Below, in pieces: positions 29,489-39,133 of a DNA stretch of 64,000 nt. The translations under genes were made by a program, and so were the position numbers. Position 1 is the stretch's first letter; every line of letters begins with the position of its first letter. Under the pieces are notes generated by a model that worked only from the letters and a program-made list of their open reading frames with translations, did not search any database and was not told the DNA's origin. The DNA lies in the NCBI GenBank assembly GCA_963823555.1, contig CAWGMA010000001.1, positions 480,001-544,000 on the forward strand, given 5' to 3'. Source of the stretch: Candidatus Eiseniibacteriota bacterium (GTDB lineage: Bacteria > Eisenbacteria > RBG-16-71-46 > CAVPCR01).

Positions 29489-32400
29489 ATGAAGGGGCGC
29501 CGTAAGCCGCGCACGGGTTGCAATCGCTCGATTCTCACTCTGCTGCTCTGTCTCTCTGCGCTGGGATCCTCCGCCTCCATGGAGGCGATCGAGGCCGAGG
29601 CGGCGACAAGGGTCGAGGAGGTGCGCTTCGCGGCGAGCGATCTCCGGCTGGAGGAACAGGCGGACGGCACGGTGGTGGTGCGCTACCCGGGAGCGGTAGG
29701 GTCGCCGGCCGGGTCGCCGGATCTGCCGCTCGTGCCGGTGTGGATCGAGGTGCCATCGGGGATGCGGGTGGTGGGGGTCAAGAGCCGGGCCCAGGGGGTG
29801 GCGGAGCTGGGAGTGGTGCGGGTGCGGCCGGTGGCGCCGGACGTGCGCGTGAGCGACGAAGAGAAGGCGGCGGTGGCGGACGCGGAGGTGTACGGGAGCG
29901 CGGGGCCGGTGCCTGGGGAGTGGGCGGTGCTCGCGAGCGAGGGGACGCTCCGCGGTCACCAGCTGGCGGGGGTGCTGGTGTCGCCGGTCAGGTGGTCGCC
30001 GGGGACGGGACGGCTCGAGCGGGCGAGCGTGGTCGAGGTCGAGCTCGTCCTCGAGCCGGGGCGGCCGGCAGGGATGCCGGAGGCGGTCGAGCGGCGGCGG
30101 GTGTCGGCGGCGATCGAGTCGAAGTTCGAGGCGGACGCATCGAAGTGGATCCGCGGGTTCACCCCGGCGGCGGCGACCGAGGGTGGGGGCGATGCGGGGA
30201 GCGGTCCGGCGGGTCCGGGGCCGTACCAGCCGACGTTCCGGCCGACGACGGACGGGAGCGCGGTGGAGTACGTGGTGGTGACGTCGGCGGCGCTGGCGGG
30301 GGAGTTCCAGCGGCTGGCGGACTGGAAGACGCAGAAGGGGGTGCAGGCGGCGGTCAGGACGGTCGAGTGGATCGACCAGATGTACCCGAACGGGGTGGAT
30401 CGGGCGGAGCGGGTCCGGTTCTTCATCCGTGACGCGTACCAGAACTGGGGGACGCGCTACGTGCTCCTCGGTGGCGACACCGATATCGTACCCCCGCGCT
30501 ACGCGCAGATGGTCGTCTACAATGCCGAGCAGATTCCCGCTGACTACTACTACGCGTGCCTCGACGGGAACTGGAACGCCGATGGGGATTCGCGCTTCGG
30601 AGAATCGCTCTTCGGCGGTGGGGATGAGTGCGACTTCTATGCCGAGGTGAACGTCGGGCGGGCGCCGGTGTCGACGCTGGCCGAGGCCGATACCTTCGTC
30701 GACAAGACGCTCCTCTACGAGCAGAACCCGCCGCTCTCCTCCCGTTACCCGGCCTCCTTCCTCGCCCTCGCCGAGCGCCTCTTCACCGATATTCACGGTG
30801 CCGACATCGCCGAGGAGGCGATTGACTTCCTGCCGCCATGGATGCGCGTCGTCCGGCTGTACGAGGAGTCGGCGAGCTATCCGGGGTCGATCGAGCTGAC
30901 GAAGGACGCAGCGATCGACTCGATCGACGCCGGGTTCGGGATCGTGCACCATGTCGGCCACGGCTATCGCAACACCATGTCGCTGGGTAGTGGCACGATG
31001 TCGAACGGGGATGCGGACAACCTGGTGAACGCGCCGCGGAACTCGGTGGTGTTCGCCATCAACTGCAGCTCCGCCTCGATCGACTTCAACTCGATCGGGG
31101 AGCGCTGGGTGAAGAACCCGAACGGCGGCTCGATCGCCTATCTGGGCACCTCCCGTCTCTCCTTCGTGGCGGCTGCCGAGACCTACCAGGGCGAGTGGTA
31201 TGCCCGGGTGTGGCAGGACTCGGTGCGAAGCCTCGGTCCTGTCACTGATTTTGCCCGCCAGTCCCTCATCCCGGGTTCCGACTACGACTCGGCGAACCGC
31301 TGGAACTTGCTGGCGACGACGTTGCTGGGGGATCCGGAGGTGGATCTGTACACGAACGCGGTGGTGCCGCTCGTGGTGACGCATGCCTCGACGACACCGA
31401 TCGGGGGCTCGCCCTTGTCGGTGACGGTGACGGCCGGGGGGTCGCCGGTGGCGGGAGCGACGGTGACGTTGTGGAAGGCGGGGGAGAGCTATGTCAGGGG
31501 GGTGACGGGAGCGAACGGTCAGGCGCAGCTGGCGGTGGGGGCGAACACGCCGGGGGCGATGACGGTGACGGTGCACAAGAGCTACTACCGGCCGTACGTG
31601 GGGACGGTGACGGCGACGAGCGCGAGCGGGCCGTACGTGTACGTGACGGGTCTGGTGGTGGACGACGACAACGTGGGCCAGTCGAGCGGGGACGGGGACG
31701 GGCGGGCGGATGCGGGGGAGACGGTGGAGCTCCGGGTGACGCTCCGGAACGGGGGAGGGGGGCAGGTGACGGGGCTGGTGGGGACGATCTCGGAGAACGA
31801 TCCGGAGAACGCGCTGACGATCGTCCAGGCGACGGTGAGTTACGGGACGATCGCTCCGGGGGGTAGCACGCAGGGCAGTGGGGCCTTCGTGGTGACGATC
31901 GCGGAGAACGCGCCGGTGGCGTACCAGCCGGTGCTGACGGTGGTGGCGGCGGGGACGCAGGGGACGTGGGTGGACCCGGTGGTGCTGCCGCTCCGGCGGC
32001 CGTACCTGGAGCACTGGGGTCACGTGGTGGACGACGCGTCGCCGCGAGGCAACGGGAACGGGGTGGTGGAGGCGGGGGAGGAGATCTACTACCGGGTGAC
32101 GGTGAAGAACACGGGGCAGGACGGATCGGTGGGGCTCGCGGGAGCGCTCCGGGCGCTCCAGGTGTCGGACCGGCAGCCGCACCCGGGGGTGACGGTGGGG
32201 GACGGGGCATCGAGCTTCGGGACGCTCGCGCCGGGTCAGCAGGTGGAGGGAGATCGGTTCGCGTTCACGCTGAGCGGACAGGCGGATCCGACGACGGTGC
32301 TCCTCGAGCTCACGCTCACCGACGCGCTCGGGGTGGCGGCCGTCGAGCTGCTGGACGTGCTGCATCCGGACTCGCCGGACACGGTGAAGGCATTCGGTTC

Positions 32401-34312
32401 GCCGTCCTCGATCCGCTTGACGTGGAACCGGGCGGAGGCGGGGGACGCGAAGGGGTACGACGTCCTGCGGTCGAGCGCGCCGGGAGGACCGTTCCAGCGG
32501 ATCAACGCCTACACGGTGGACGGGACGGCGGCGTACGAGGACCCGGGTCTGCCGGCGCTGACGCGGTACTACTACCAGGTGGTGGCGCGGGACTCGTCCT
32601 ACAACGCATCGGTGCCGTCGGCGGTGATCTCGGGCACCACCAACCCGCCCAACACCCCCGGCTGGCCGATCGAGATCGCCCAGCAGACCCAGTCCTCGGT
32701 CGTCCTCTCCAACACCGCCGGCGGATCCGACTACGAGATCTTCACCGCGGCGGACTTCCAGTACGGCTGGCACGCCAACGGGACCGAGATCCTCGATGGC
32801 GACGACGATCCGCGCACCAATGGTCCCTACTCCCGCTACGGCTACAATTCAATCAAGGGATTCTCTGCCACCACCGCGATCGGGGATCTGGACGACGACG
32901 GCGACTTCGAGATCGTCAATGTCGGCTGGACGGCAGACACGCTCTACGTCTGGGACCACCAGGGTCAGCTCGCTCCGGGCTGGCCCAAGTGGATCATGGA
33001 TGACTTCAACTGGCCGTCCCCCGTCCTCTTCGACCTCGATGGCGACAGCGATCTCGAGATCATCCTCTGGGCGGGGAACGGCGGGCGCCTCTTCGCCTGG
33101 CATCACGATGGGACCGAGGTCGCCGACGGCGACAACAATCCCGCGACGGACGGCATCCTCTACCGCGTGCTCGGCACCTCCTACAACTACTCGAGCCCGG
33201 CGGTGGGGGATATCGACGGCGATCTCCGCCCGGAGATCGTGTTCGCCGTGAACCTGTCCTCGGACATGAGCGGCATGATCTACGCCGTGAACGACAACGG
33301 GACGCTCCTGTGGTCGCGCGCCACGGGGAACGCGAGCGAGCCGTCGCAGATCACGTCGTCACCGGCCATCACTCAACTCGATGGCGCCTTCACCAACGAT
33401 GTCATCTTCGCCGCCGACCGCAACGGGGGCCGCATCTATGCGCTCAATGGCCTCACCGGTGCCGATCTCCCGGGATGGCCGCGCTCGGCTCCGAGCGCCT
33501 CCGGCCAGTCGCGCGTGGGCTCGCCCGCGCTCGGGGATCTCGACAGCGATGGCTACCTCGATATCGCCTACCCGGCCTCGGATGGGCGGCTCTTCGCCTT
33601 CAAGCGCGACGGCACGCCGGTTTCGGGTTTCCCCGTGGTCTATGCCGCCGGCCTCACCGAGGCCACGCAGTCCACACCATCCATCGCCGACATCGACGGC
33701 GACGGCAGACTCGAGATCCTCTTCGGCGACGAGACCGGGAAGCTCCACGGGTACAATCATGACGGCACCCTCGTTGCCGGCTTCCCCATCCAGCTCGGGG
33801 GCGAGGTGCGCTCGACCCCGGTCGTGTGGGACATCGACCAGGACACGATGGTCGAGGTCGCCGTCGCCGGCTGGGACGGCCAGATCCACATCTGGGATCT
33901 GCCCGGCGAGTTCAACCCCCTGCGGACCCCCTGGCCCTTCTTCCGCCACGACGTGCGCAATACCGGATGGACGCAGACGGCGCCCCTGGCCGTCGGCATC
34001 GCCGAGCCGGACGCCGCACCCCAGCCGCCCACAGCACGTGTCTGGCCGGCGCATCCCAATCCCTTCAATCCCGCGACCACGATCGCCTTCGACGTTTCCG
34101 GACAGGGGGCGGTGCCGGTGGCGATCGGCGTGTATGATGTCGCTGGACGGCTCGTGCGCCAGCTCATCGATGCCCCGGTCGAGGCGGGCCATCATGCTCT
34201 CGTCTGGGATGGGCGCGGCCGGAACGGCACGGTGCTCGGATCAGGGATCTACTTCGTCCGGGTCGAGATCGGCAACCACGCGTTCAACCAGAAGGTGACG
34301 CTGATCAAGTGA
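29489..34312 (+). CDS. C25 cysteine peptidase / FG-GAP / CTD protein, copy 5
   Basis: AAGGAG RBS, signal peptide, HHVGHG, AINCSS, FG-GAP repeats, PNPFNP CTD. Confidence 0.9.
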   Translation: MKGRRKPRTGCNRSILTLLLCLSALGSSASMEAIEAEAATRVEEVRFAASDLRLEEQADGTVVVRYPGAVGSPAGSPDLPLVPVWIEVPSGMRVVGVKSRAQGVAELGVVRVRPVAPDVRVSDEEKAAVADAEVYGSAGPVPGEWAVLASEGTLRGHQLAGVLVSPVRWSPGTGRLERASVVEVELVLEPGRPAGMPEAVERRRVSAAIESKFEADASKWIRGFTPAAATEGGGDAGSGPAGPGPYQPTFRPTTDGSAVEYVVVTSAALAGEFQRLADWKTQKGVQAAVRTVEWIDQMYPNGVDRAERVRFFIRDAYQNWGTRYVLLGGDTDIVPPRYAQMVVYNAEQIPADYYYACLDGNWNADGDSRFGESLFGGGDECDFYAEVNVGRAPVSTLAEADTFVDKTLLYEQNPPLSSRYPASFLALAERLFTDIHGADIAEEAIDFLPPWMRVVRLYEESASYPGSIELTKDAAIDSIDAGFGIVHHVGHGYRNTMSLGSGTMSNGDADNLVNAPRNSVVFAINCSSASIDFNSIGERWVKNPNGGSIAYLGTSRLSFVAAAETYQGEWYARVWQDSVRSLGPVTDFARQSLIPGSDYDSANRWNLLATTLLGDPEVDLYTNAVVPLVVTHASTTPIGGSPLSVTVTAGGSPVAGATVTLWKAGESYVRGVTGANGQAQLAVGANTPGAMTVTVHKSYYRPYVGTVTATSASGPYVYVTGLVVDDDNVGQSSGDGDGRADAGETVELRVTLRNGGGGQVTGLVGTISENDPENALTIVQATVSYGTIAPGGSTQGSGAFVVTIAENAPVAYQPVLTVVAAGTQGTWVDPVVLPLRRPYLEHWGHVVDDASPRGNGNGVVEAGEEIYYRVTVKNTGQDGSVGLAGALRALQVSDRQPHPGVTVGDGASSFGTLAPGQQVEGDRFAFTLSGQADPTTVLLELTLTDALGVAAVELLDVLHPDSPDTVKAFGSPSSIRLTWNRAEAGDAKGYDVLRSSAPGGPFQRINAYTVDGTAAYEDPGLPALTRYYYQVVARDSSYNASVPSAVISGTTNPPNTPGWPIEIAQQTQSSVVLSNTAGGSDYEIFTAADFQYGWHANGTEILDGDDDPRTNGPYSRYGYNSIKGFSATTAIGDLDDDGDFEIVNVGWTADTLYVWDHQGQLAPGWPKWIMDDFNWPSPVLFDLDGDSDLEIILWAGNGGRLFAWHHDGTEVADGDNNPATDGILYRVLGTSYNYSSPAVGDIDGDLRPEIVFAVNLSSDMSGMIYAVNDNGTLLWSRATGNASEPSQITSSPAITQLDGAFTNDVIFAADRNGGRIYALNGLTGADLPGWPRSAPSASGQSRVGSPALGDLDSDGYLDIAYPASDGRLFAFKRDGTPVSGFPVVYAAGLTEATQSTPSIADIDGDGRLEILFGDETGKLHGYNHDGTLVAGFPIQLGGEVRSTPVVWDIDQDTMVEVAVAGWDGQIHIWDLPGEFNPLRTPWPFFRHDVRNTGWTQTAPLAVGIAEPDAAPQPPTARVWPAHPNPFNPATTIAFDVSGQGAVPVAIGVYDVAGRLVRQLIDAPVEAGHHALVWDGRGRNGTVLGSGIYFVRVEIGNHAFNQKVTLIK
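29614..30502 (+). repeat. Near-identical block A, copy 3
   Basis: Direct repeat of the block A sequence. Confidence 0.9.
31313..32339 (+). repeat. Near-identical block B, copy 3
   Basis: Direct repeat of the block B sequence (offset 4979 from copy 2). Confidence 0.92.
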
Positions 34313-37300
34313 TGGCTCGTCGAATCCGCACGACGGCGGCCTGCATCGCCGGGTTCATGGCCCTCGCCTCGGTGGCCAGGGCCGGACCGCATTCCACTGA
34401 GACGATCCTCGATTTCCCGGCCGATCGTCTCGTGCTCTCCGTCGAATCCGGTGAGACGCGCATCGACTACCCGGGCGGGTTTCGCGCCGCACCCGAGGGT
34501 GCTCCCGATCTGCCGCGCATCGCCGTGTTGCTGGAGGGCCCGCCGGCGTCGACCGTGATCGCGGTGGAAGTCGATGTGCTCGAGGTCGAGGAGCTGGGAG
34601 TGCACCGGATCGCGAGGGCCGCGGCCGATCGGTCGGCTGACGGTCAGATCGCGGTCGCCCCGCCCGCGGCCCCATCTTCGCTCGCCGACGGCTTCTTCCC
34701 CGCGGCGATCGCCACCTTCGAAGGTTCCGGAGCCATGCGCGGGCGCCATCTCTTCCAGTTCGTCGTGAACCCGGTGCGCTGGAACCCGGAGAGCGGCCAG
34801 CTCGTGCTCCTGACCCGTATCCGCCTGCGCTACGAGCTCGGCCCATCATCCCAGGAAATCCTGCCGCGCCACCGCGTCATGCCCGAGACCGAGGTCAAGT
34901 TCGGGCGCGGGCTGGCGCACGTGCTCGGCGCCGGCGGGCGTGCTGCCGGAGCGGATGCGGGCGGTGCGGACGCGGTCCTCCCCGACGGCGCGACGCCGGC
35001 GGGTCCCGGCCCCTACCAGCCCACCTTCCGCCCGACGACGGACGGCAGCGCGGTCGAGTACGTCGTCATCACCTCGGAGGCCCTGGCCGGCGAGTTCGAG
35101 CCGCTCGTCCAGTGGAAGACGGAGAAGGGCGCTCAGGCCGTGGTGCGCACGGTCGAATGGATCGATGCGACCTACCCCAATGGCGTCGATCGGGCCGAGC
35201 GGGTGCGCTTCTTCATCCGGGACGCCTACCAGAACTGGGGCACGCTCTTTGTCCTCCTGGGCGGCGACACCGATGTGATCCCGGTTCGGTATGCTGAAGC
35301 CAACATCCTGGGCGGCGAATCGATTCCCACCGATTACTACTACATGTGTCTGGAGGGCAACTGGAACGCCGACGGGGACGCCCGTTTCGGGGAGGCCTTC
35401 GAGGGGCCGGAGAACCCGGGGGACAACGTGGATCTGATGCCCGAGGTCTATGCCGGGCGCGCCCCGGTCTCGACCCCGGAGCAGGCAGCGGTCTTCGTCG
35501 CCAAGACCATCGCCTACGATCGCAATCCCGCGACAGGCAACGGCGGCTACCCGGCGTCGATCCTCTATCTCGCCGAGCGTCTCTTCACCAACATCGACGG
35601 CGCCCTGATCGCGGAGGAGGCGAATGCGCTCGTGCCGCCCTGGTTCAAGCGGGTCAAGCTCTACGAGGAGTACGCGAGCTGGCCGCAGGCGTTGCCGGAG
35701 ACCTACTCGGCGGTCATCGATTCGATCAACAACGGCTTCGGCATCGTGTATCACATCGGCCACGGCTACCGCAACACGATGTCGATCGGCGACGGCGTGC
35801 TCATCAACGCCGATGCCGATGCCCTGGTGAACGGCGCTCGTCAGTCCGTTGTCTTCGCCATCAACTGCAGCGCAGCCTCGATCGACTTCAATGCGATCGG
35901 AGAGCGGTTCGTCAAGAATCCGGATGGCGGCTCCATCGCCTACATCGGCACCTCCCGGCAGGCCTTCGTCAGCGCATCGCGCGAGTACCAGGAGGAGTGG
36001 TTCTCGGCGATCTTCGCCAGCCCCGACTCGTTGCGTAGCCTGGGAGAGGTCTGCGCCGTGTCGCGTCTCCCCTTCGTGCCGTTCTCCGGTTACGAGAGCA
36101 GCTTTCGCTGGACGCTGTTCGCTGTCACGTTGCTCGGGGATCCGGAGGTCGACCTCCACACCCATGGCATCGCGCCGATCGCGGTGAATCATGCGCCGAC
36201 GATCGCGCTGGGTGCGGGGTCCTTCGCGCTGGCGGTGACGAGCGCGGGCGCGCCGCTTGCTGGCGCCCAGGTGACCCTGTGGAAAGAGGGCCAGGCCTAC
36301 GCCCGCGGTGTCACCGATGCCGGAGGGGTGGCCGCTCTCGCCTTCGCGCCGGAGACAACGGGTCCCGCCACGCTCACCGTATCGCGGCCGGGATATGCCG
36401 TGTATCAGGCCACCGTGACGGTGACCGCGGCGAGCGGGCCGTATCTCCACGTGCAATCGGTCCTCGTCGATGACGACATCATCCCGCCCTCGAGCGGCGA
36501 CGGCGACGGGCGCGCCGACGCCGGCGAGACGGTGGAGATCGCGGTGACGCTCAAGAACGCGGGTGGCGCGGGCGCCACCGGGGTCAACGCCGTGCTGCGC
36601 GTGGCCGATGCCGGTGGGTTCGTGACCCTCGTCGATTCGACGGTGAGCTACATCGCGATCGGGGCCGGCGGCTCATCGAGCGGAGCAGGGCGCTTCGTCA
36701 TCGCCATCGCGCCCGATGCGCCTTATGCCCTCCAGCCCGTCTTCACGCTCCGCGCCGCCACCGATCAGGGCATCTTCTCGGATGTCTTCGTCCTGCCGGT
36801 ACGGCGCTCCTTTCTCGAGCACGTGACCCACGTGATCGATGACGCCGTTCCGCGCGGGAACGGCAACGGCGTGATCGAAGCCGGAGAGGAGATCTGGTAC
36901 TCGATCTCGCTCAGGAATTCGGGGCAGGATGCAGCCGAGGCGGTGGCGGCCACGCTGGCGGCGGTCAAGGCCCGTACGCTCGACCCCGAACCCCTGGTCA
37001 CGGTGAGCGACGGGAACTCGAGCTTCGGGAGCGTCGCGGTGGGGGCCACGCTGACCGGGGACCGCTTCGCATTCGCCCTCGATCCGGGGCTCGATCCGGA
37101 CTCGCTTCGTCTCGCGGTGTCCTATGACGACGCCGACGGACCGGTTCGCACCGAGTACCTCGATGTCGTACCGCCAGGCGCGGTGGATAGCCTCGTCGTC
37201 TTCGGGGCGCCCAGCTCGCTCCTCATCAAGTGGAAGCGGCCAGCGGATCCCGATGTGCTCGGCTACGAGATCTTCCGCGCTCCGAGTCCGGGCGGGCCCT

Positions 37301-39129
37301 TCGTCCGGGTGAACGATTATCTGGCGGAGGGGGCCGCGGTGTTCGAGGATCCGGATCTCATGCCGCTCACCCGTTACACCTACAAGATCGCGCCGCGAGA
37401 CTCGTCGTTCAATGCGGGACCGCTCTCGACAGCGGTCTCCGGATCCACGAACCCGCCACTCGCGGTGGGATGGCCGATCGAGCTCGGCCAGCAGGCCCAG
37501 TCCTCTCTCCAGCTCGCCGATGTGGCCGGAGGCAGCGATAACGAGGTGTTCACCGCGGCCGACTACCAGTTCGGCTGGCACGCCGACGGCAGCGAGATCG
37601 TCGACGGCGACGGGGATCCACGCACGAGCGGGGTCCTCGCCCCGGATGGTTATTCGTCCTCGAAATCGTTCAGCGCTACCTGTGCGCTCGGTGACATGAA
37701 CGGAGACGGCAACGTGGAGATCGCTAATGTGGGCTGGATGCTGCCCGAGGCCTACCTCTGGAACGCGGACGGCGAGCTGCTATCGGGGTGGCCTGAGCCG
37801 GTGTTCGGTGATTTCAACTGGCCGTCGCCCCTGATGGCCGATATCGACGGCGATGACGATCTCGAACTCGTCGTGTGGGCGGCACAGGGTGGACGTCTCC
37901 TCGCCTGGCACCATGACGGCAGCGAGGTTGCCGACGGCGACAACAATCCCTCGACGCACGGCATCCTCTACCGCGTTACCGGAGCGTCATACTGCTATTC
38001 ATCTCCTGCGGCGGCCAACCTCGATGCGGATCCGGAGGCGGAGATCGTCTTCTGCCTCAACTTTGCGACCGACAATGCCGGCCCGATCTACGCCGTGAAC
38101 GGCGACGGCACCCTCGTCCCCGGCTGGCCGGTCGCGACCGGTGACCCCGCCAACCCTTCCGCCATCACGGCCTCACCAGCGATCGGCGATCTCGATCGCG
38201 ATGGCGTGAACGAGGTCGTGGTCGCCTCGGAGCGGGGTGGTGGGCGCGTGCATGTGTTCAGGGCCAACGGTACGGTGTTCCCGGGATGGCCGAAGAGCAT
38301 TCCCGCCGTGACGGCGCAGGTGCGGACCGGCTCCCCGGTCCTCGCGGATGTCGACGACGACACCTACCTCGATGTCGTCTTCCCCAGCTCGGACGGTCAG
38401 CTCTGGGTCTGGAACCGAAATGGCGCGACGCTTCCGGGATTCCCGGTCCGGTTCTACTCCGGGGCCGGCGAGGCGACGCAATCGTCACCGACGGTGGGGG
38501 ATCTCGATGCCGACGGAAGGATGGAGATTCTCATCGGGGACGAGACCGGAAGGCTCCACGCCTTCAACCACGACGGCGCTCCGGTCGCCGGCTTCCCGAT
38601 CCAGCTCGGCGGGGAGGTTCGAGGCTCGTCGATCATCTGGGACATCGACAATGACGGCCTGGTCGAGGTCGGCCTGGTGTGCTGGGACGCCAACGTCTAC
38701 ATCTGGGATCTACCCTATGCCTGGAACCCGACGCGCATCCCCTGGCCCTTCTTCCGCCATGATGTCGCCAATACGGGCTATGTCGGGAGCGAGATCCTCC
38801 CTGTCGCCATCGCCGAACCCGGGGCGGCCCCGGATAATGGCCCCCGTCTCGCGGTGATTCACCCGGCCCGGCCGAACCCATTCAATCCGCGCACCACGCT
38901 CTCCTTTGATGTGCCCGGATCAGGACAGATCCCGGTGAGCCTGTCGATCTATGATGTGGACGGCCGTCTCGTGGCGCGCATCCTGGACGGCCAGCTCCCG
39001 CCCGGCCGTCACGCGGTGGATTGGGACGGGCGCGGAGAAGGCGGCCGGGGTCTTGCGGCCGGGGTCTATTTCTACCGGGTCACGATCGGGGATTTCACCG
39101 CATCCCGCAAACTGACCCTCGTCAAGTAA
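34312..39129 (+). CDS. C25 cysteine peptidase / FG-GAP / CTD protein, copy 6
   Basis: TGATG overlap with copy 5, signal peptide, YHIGHG, AINCSA, LLGDP, FG-GAP repeats, PNPFNP CTD. Confidence 0.9.
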   Translation: MARRIRTTAACIAGFMALASVARAGPHSTETILDFPADRLVLSVESGETRIDYPGGFRAAPEGAPDLPRIAVLLEGPPASTVIAVEVDVLEVEELGVHRIARAAADRSADGQIAVAPPAAPSSLADGFFPAAIATFEGSGAMRGRHLFQFVVNPVRWNPESGQLVLLTRIRLRYELGPSSQEILPRHRVMPETEVKFGRGLAHVLGAGGRAAGADAGGADAVLPDGATPAGPGPYQPTFRPTTDGSAVEYVVITSEALAGEFEPLVQWKTEKGAQAVVRTVEWIDATYPNGVDRAERVRFFIRDAYQNWGTLFVLLGGDTDVIPVRYAEANILGGESIPTDYYYMCLEGNWNADGDARFGEAFEGPENPGDNVDLMPEVYAGRAPVSTPEQAAVFVAKTIAYDRNPATGNGGYPASILYLAERLFTNIDGALIAEEANALVPPWFKRVKLYEEYASWPQALPETYSAVIDSINNGFGIVYHIGHGYRNTMSIGDGVLINADADALVNGARQSVVFAINCSAASIDFNAIGERFVKNPDGGSIAYIGTSRQAFVSASREYQEEWFSAIFASPDSLRSLGEVCAVSRLPFVPFSGYESSFRWTLFAVTLLGDPEVDLHTHGIAPIAVNHAPTIALGAGSFALAVTSAGAPLAGAQVTLWKEGQAYARGVTDAGGVAALAFAPETTGPATLTVSRPGYAVYQATVTVTAASGPYLHVQSVLVDDDIIPPSSGDGDGRADAGETVEIAVTLKNAGGAGATGVNAVLRVADAGGFVTLVDSTVSYIAIGAGGSSSGAGRFVIAIAPDAPYALQPVFTLRAATDQGIFSDVFVLPVRRSFLEHVTHVIDDAVPRGNGNGVIEAGEEIWYSISLRNSGQDAAEAVAATLAAVKARTLDPEPLVTVSDGNSSFGSVAVGATLTGDRFAFALDPGLDPDSLRLAVSYDDADGPVRTEYLDVVPPGAVDSLVVFGAPSSLLIKWKRPADPDVLGYEIFRAPSPGGPFVRVNDYLAEGAAVFEDPDLMPLTRYTYKIAPRDSSFNAGPLSTAVSGSTNPPLAVGWPIELGQQAQSSLQLADVAGGSDNEVFTAADYQFGWHADGSEIVDGDGDPRTSGVLAPDGYSSSKSFSATCALGDMNGDGNVEIANVGWMLPEAYLWNADGELLSGWPEPVFGDFNWPSPLMADIDGDDDLELVVWAAQGGRLLAWHHDGSEVADGDNNPSTHGILYRVTGASYCYSSPAAANLDADPEAEIVFCLNFATDNAGPIYAVNGDGTLVPGWPVATGDPANPSAITASPAIGDLDRDGVNEVVVASERGGGRVHVFRANGTVFPGWPKSIPAVTAQVRTGSPVLADVDDDTYLDVVFPSSDGQLWVWNRNGATLPGFPVRFYSGAGEATQSSPTVGDLDADGRMEILIGDETGRLHAFNHDGAPVAGFPIQLGGEVRGSSIIWDIDNDGLVEVGLVCWDANVYIWDLPYAWNPTRIPWPFFRHDVANTGYVGSEILPVAIAEPGAAPDNGPRLAVIHPARPNPFNPRTTLSFDVPGSGQIPVSLSIYDVDGRLVARILDGQLPPGRHAVDWDGRGEGGRGLAAGVYFYRVTIGDFTASRKLTLVK

Positions 39130-39133
39130 TCAG

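Noticed and set aside
19768..32640. Diversity-generating retroelement as the cause of the variable segments
   Set aside because: No reverse transcriptase in the window; differences are block replacements and indels rather than adenine-specific substitutions; all copies are intact genes.
19546..32773. Long antisense ORFs (935, 489 and 1163 aa) and Pro- or Gly-rich alternative-frame ORFs over the C25 genes
   Set aside because: Shadow frames of GC-rich, G-skewed coding DNA; low-complexity Arg/His/Pro text with no domain motifs.
10024..39129. PorU sortase identity for the C25 proteins
   Set aside because: They have a gingipain-like propeptide and FG-GAP propeller, occur six times, and have no adjacent porV. 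They look like cargo, not machinery.
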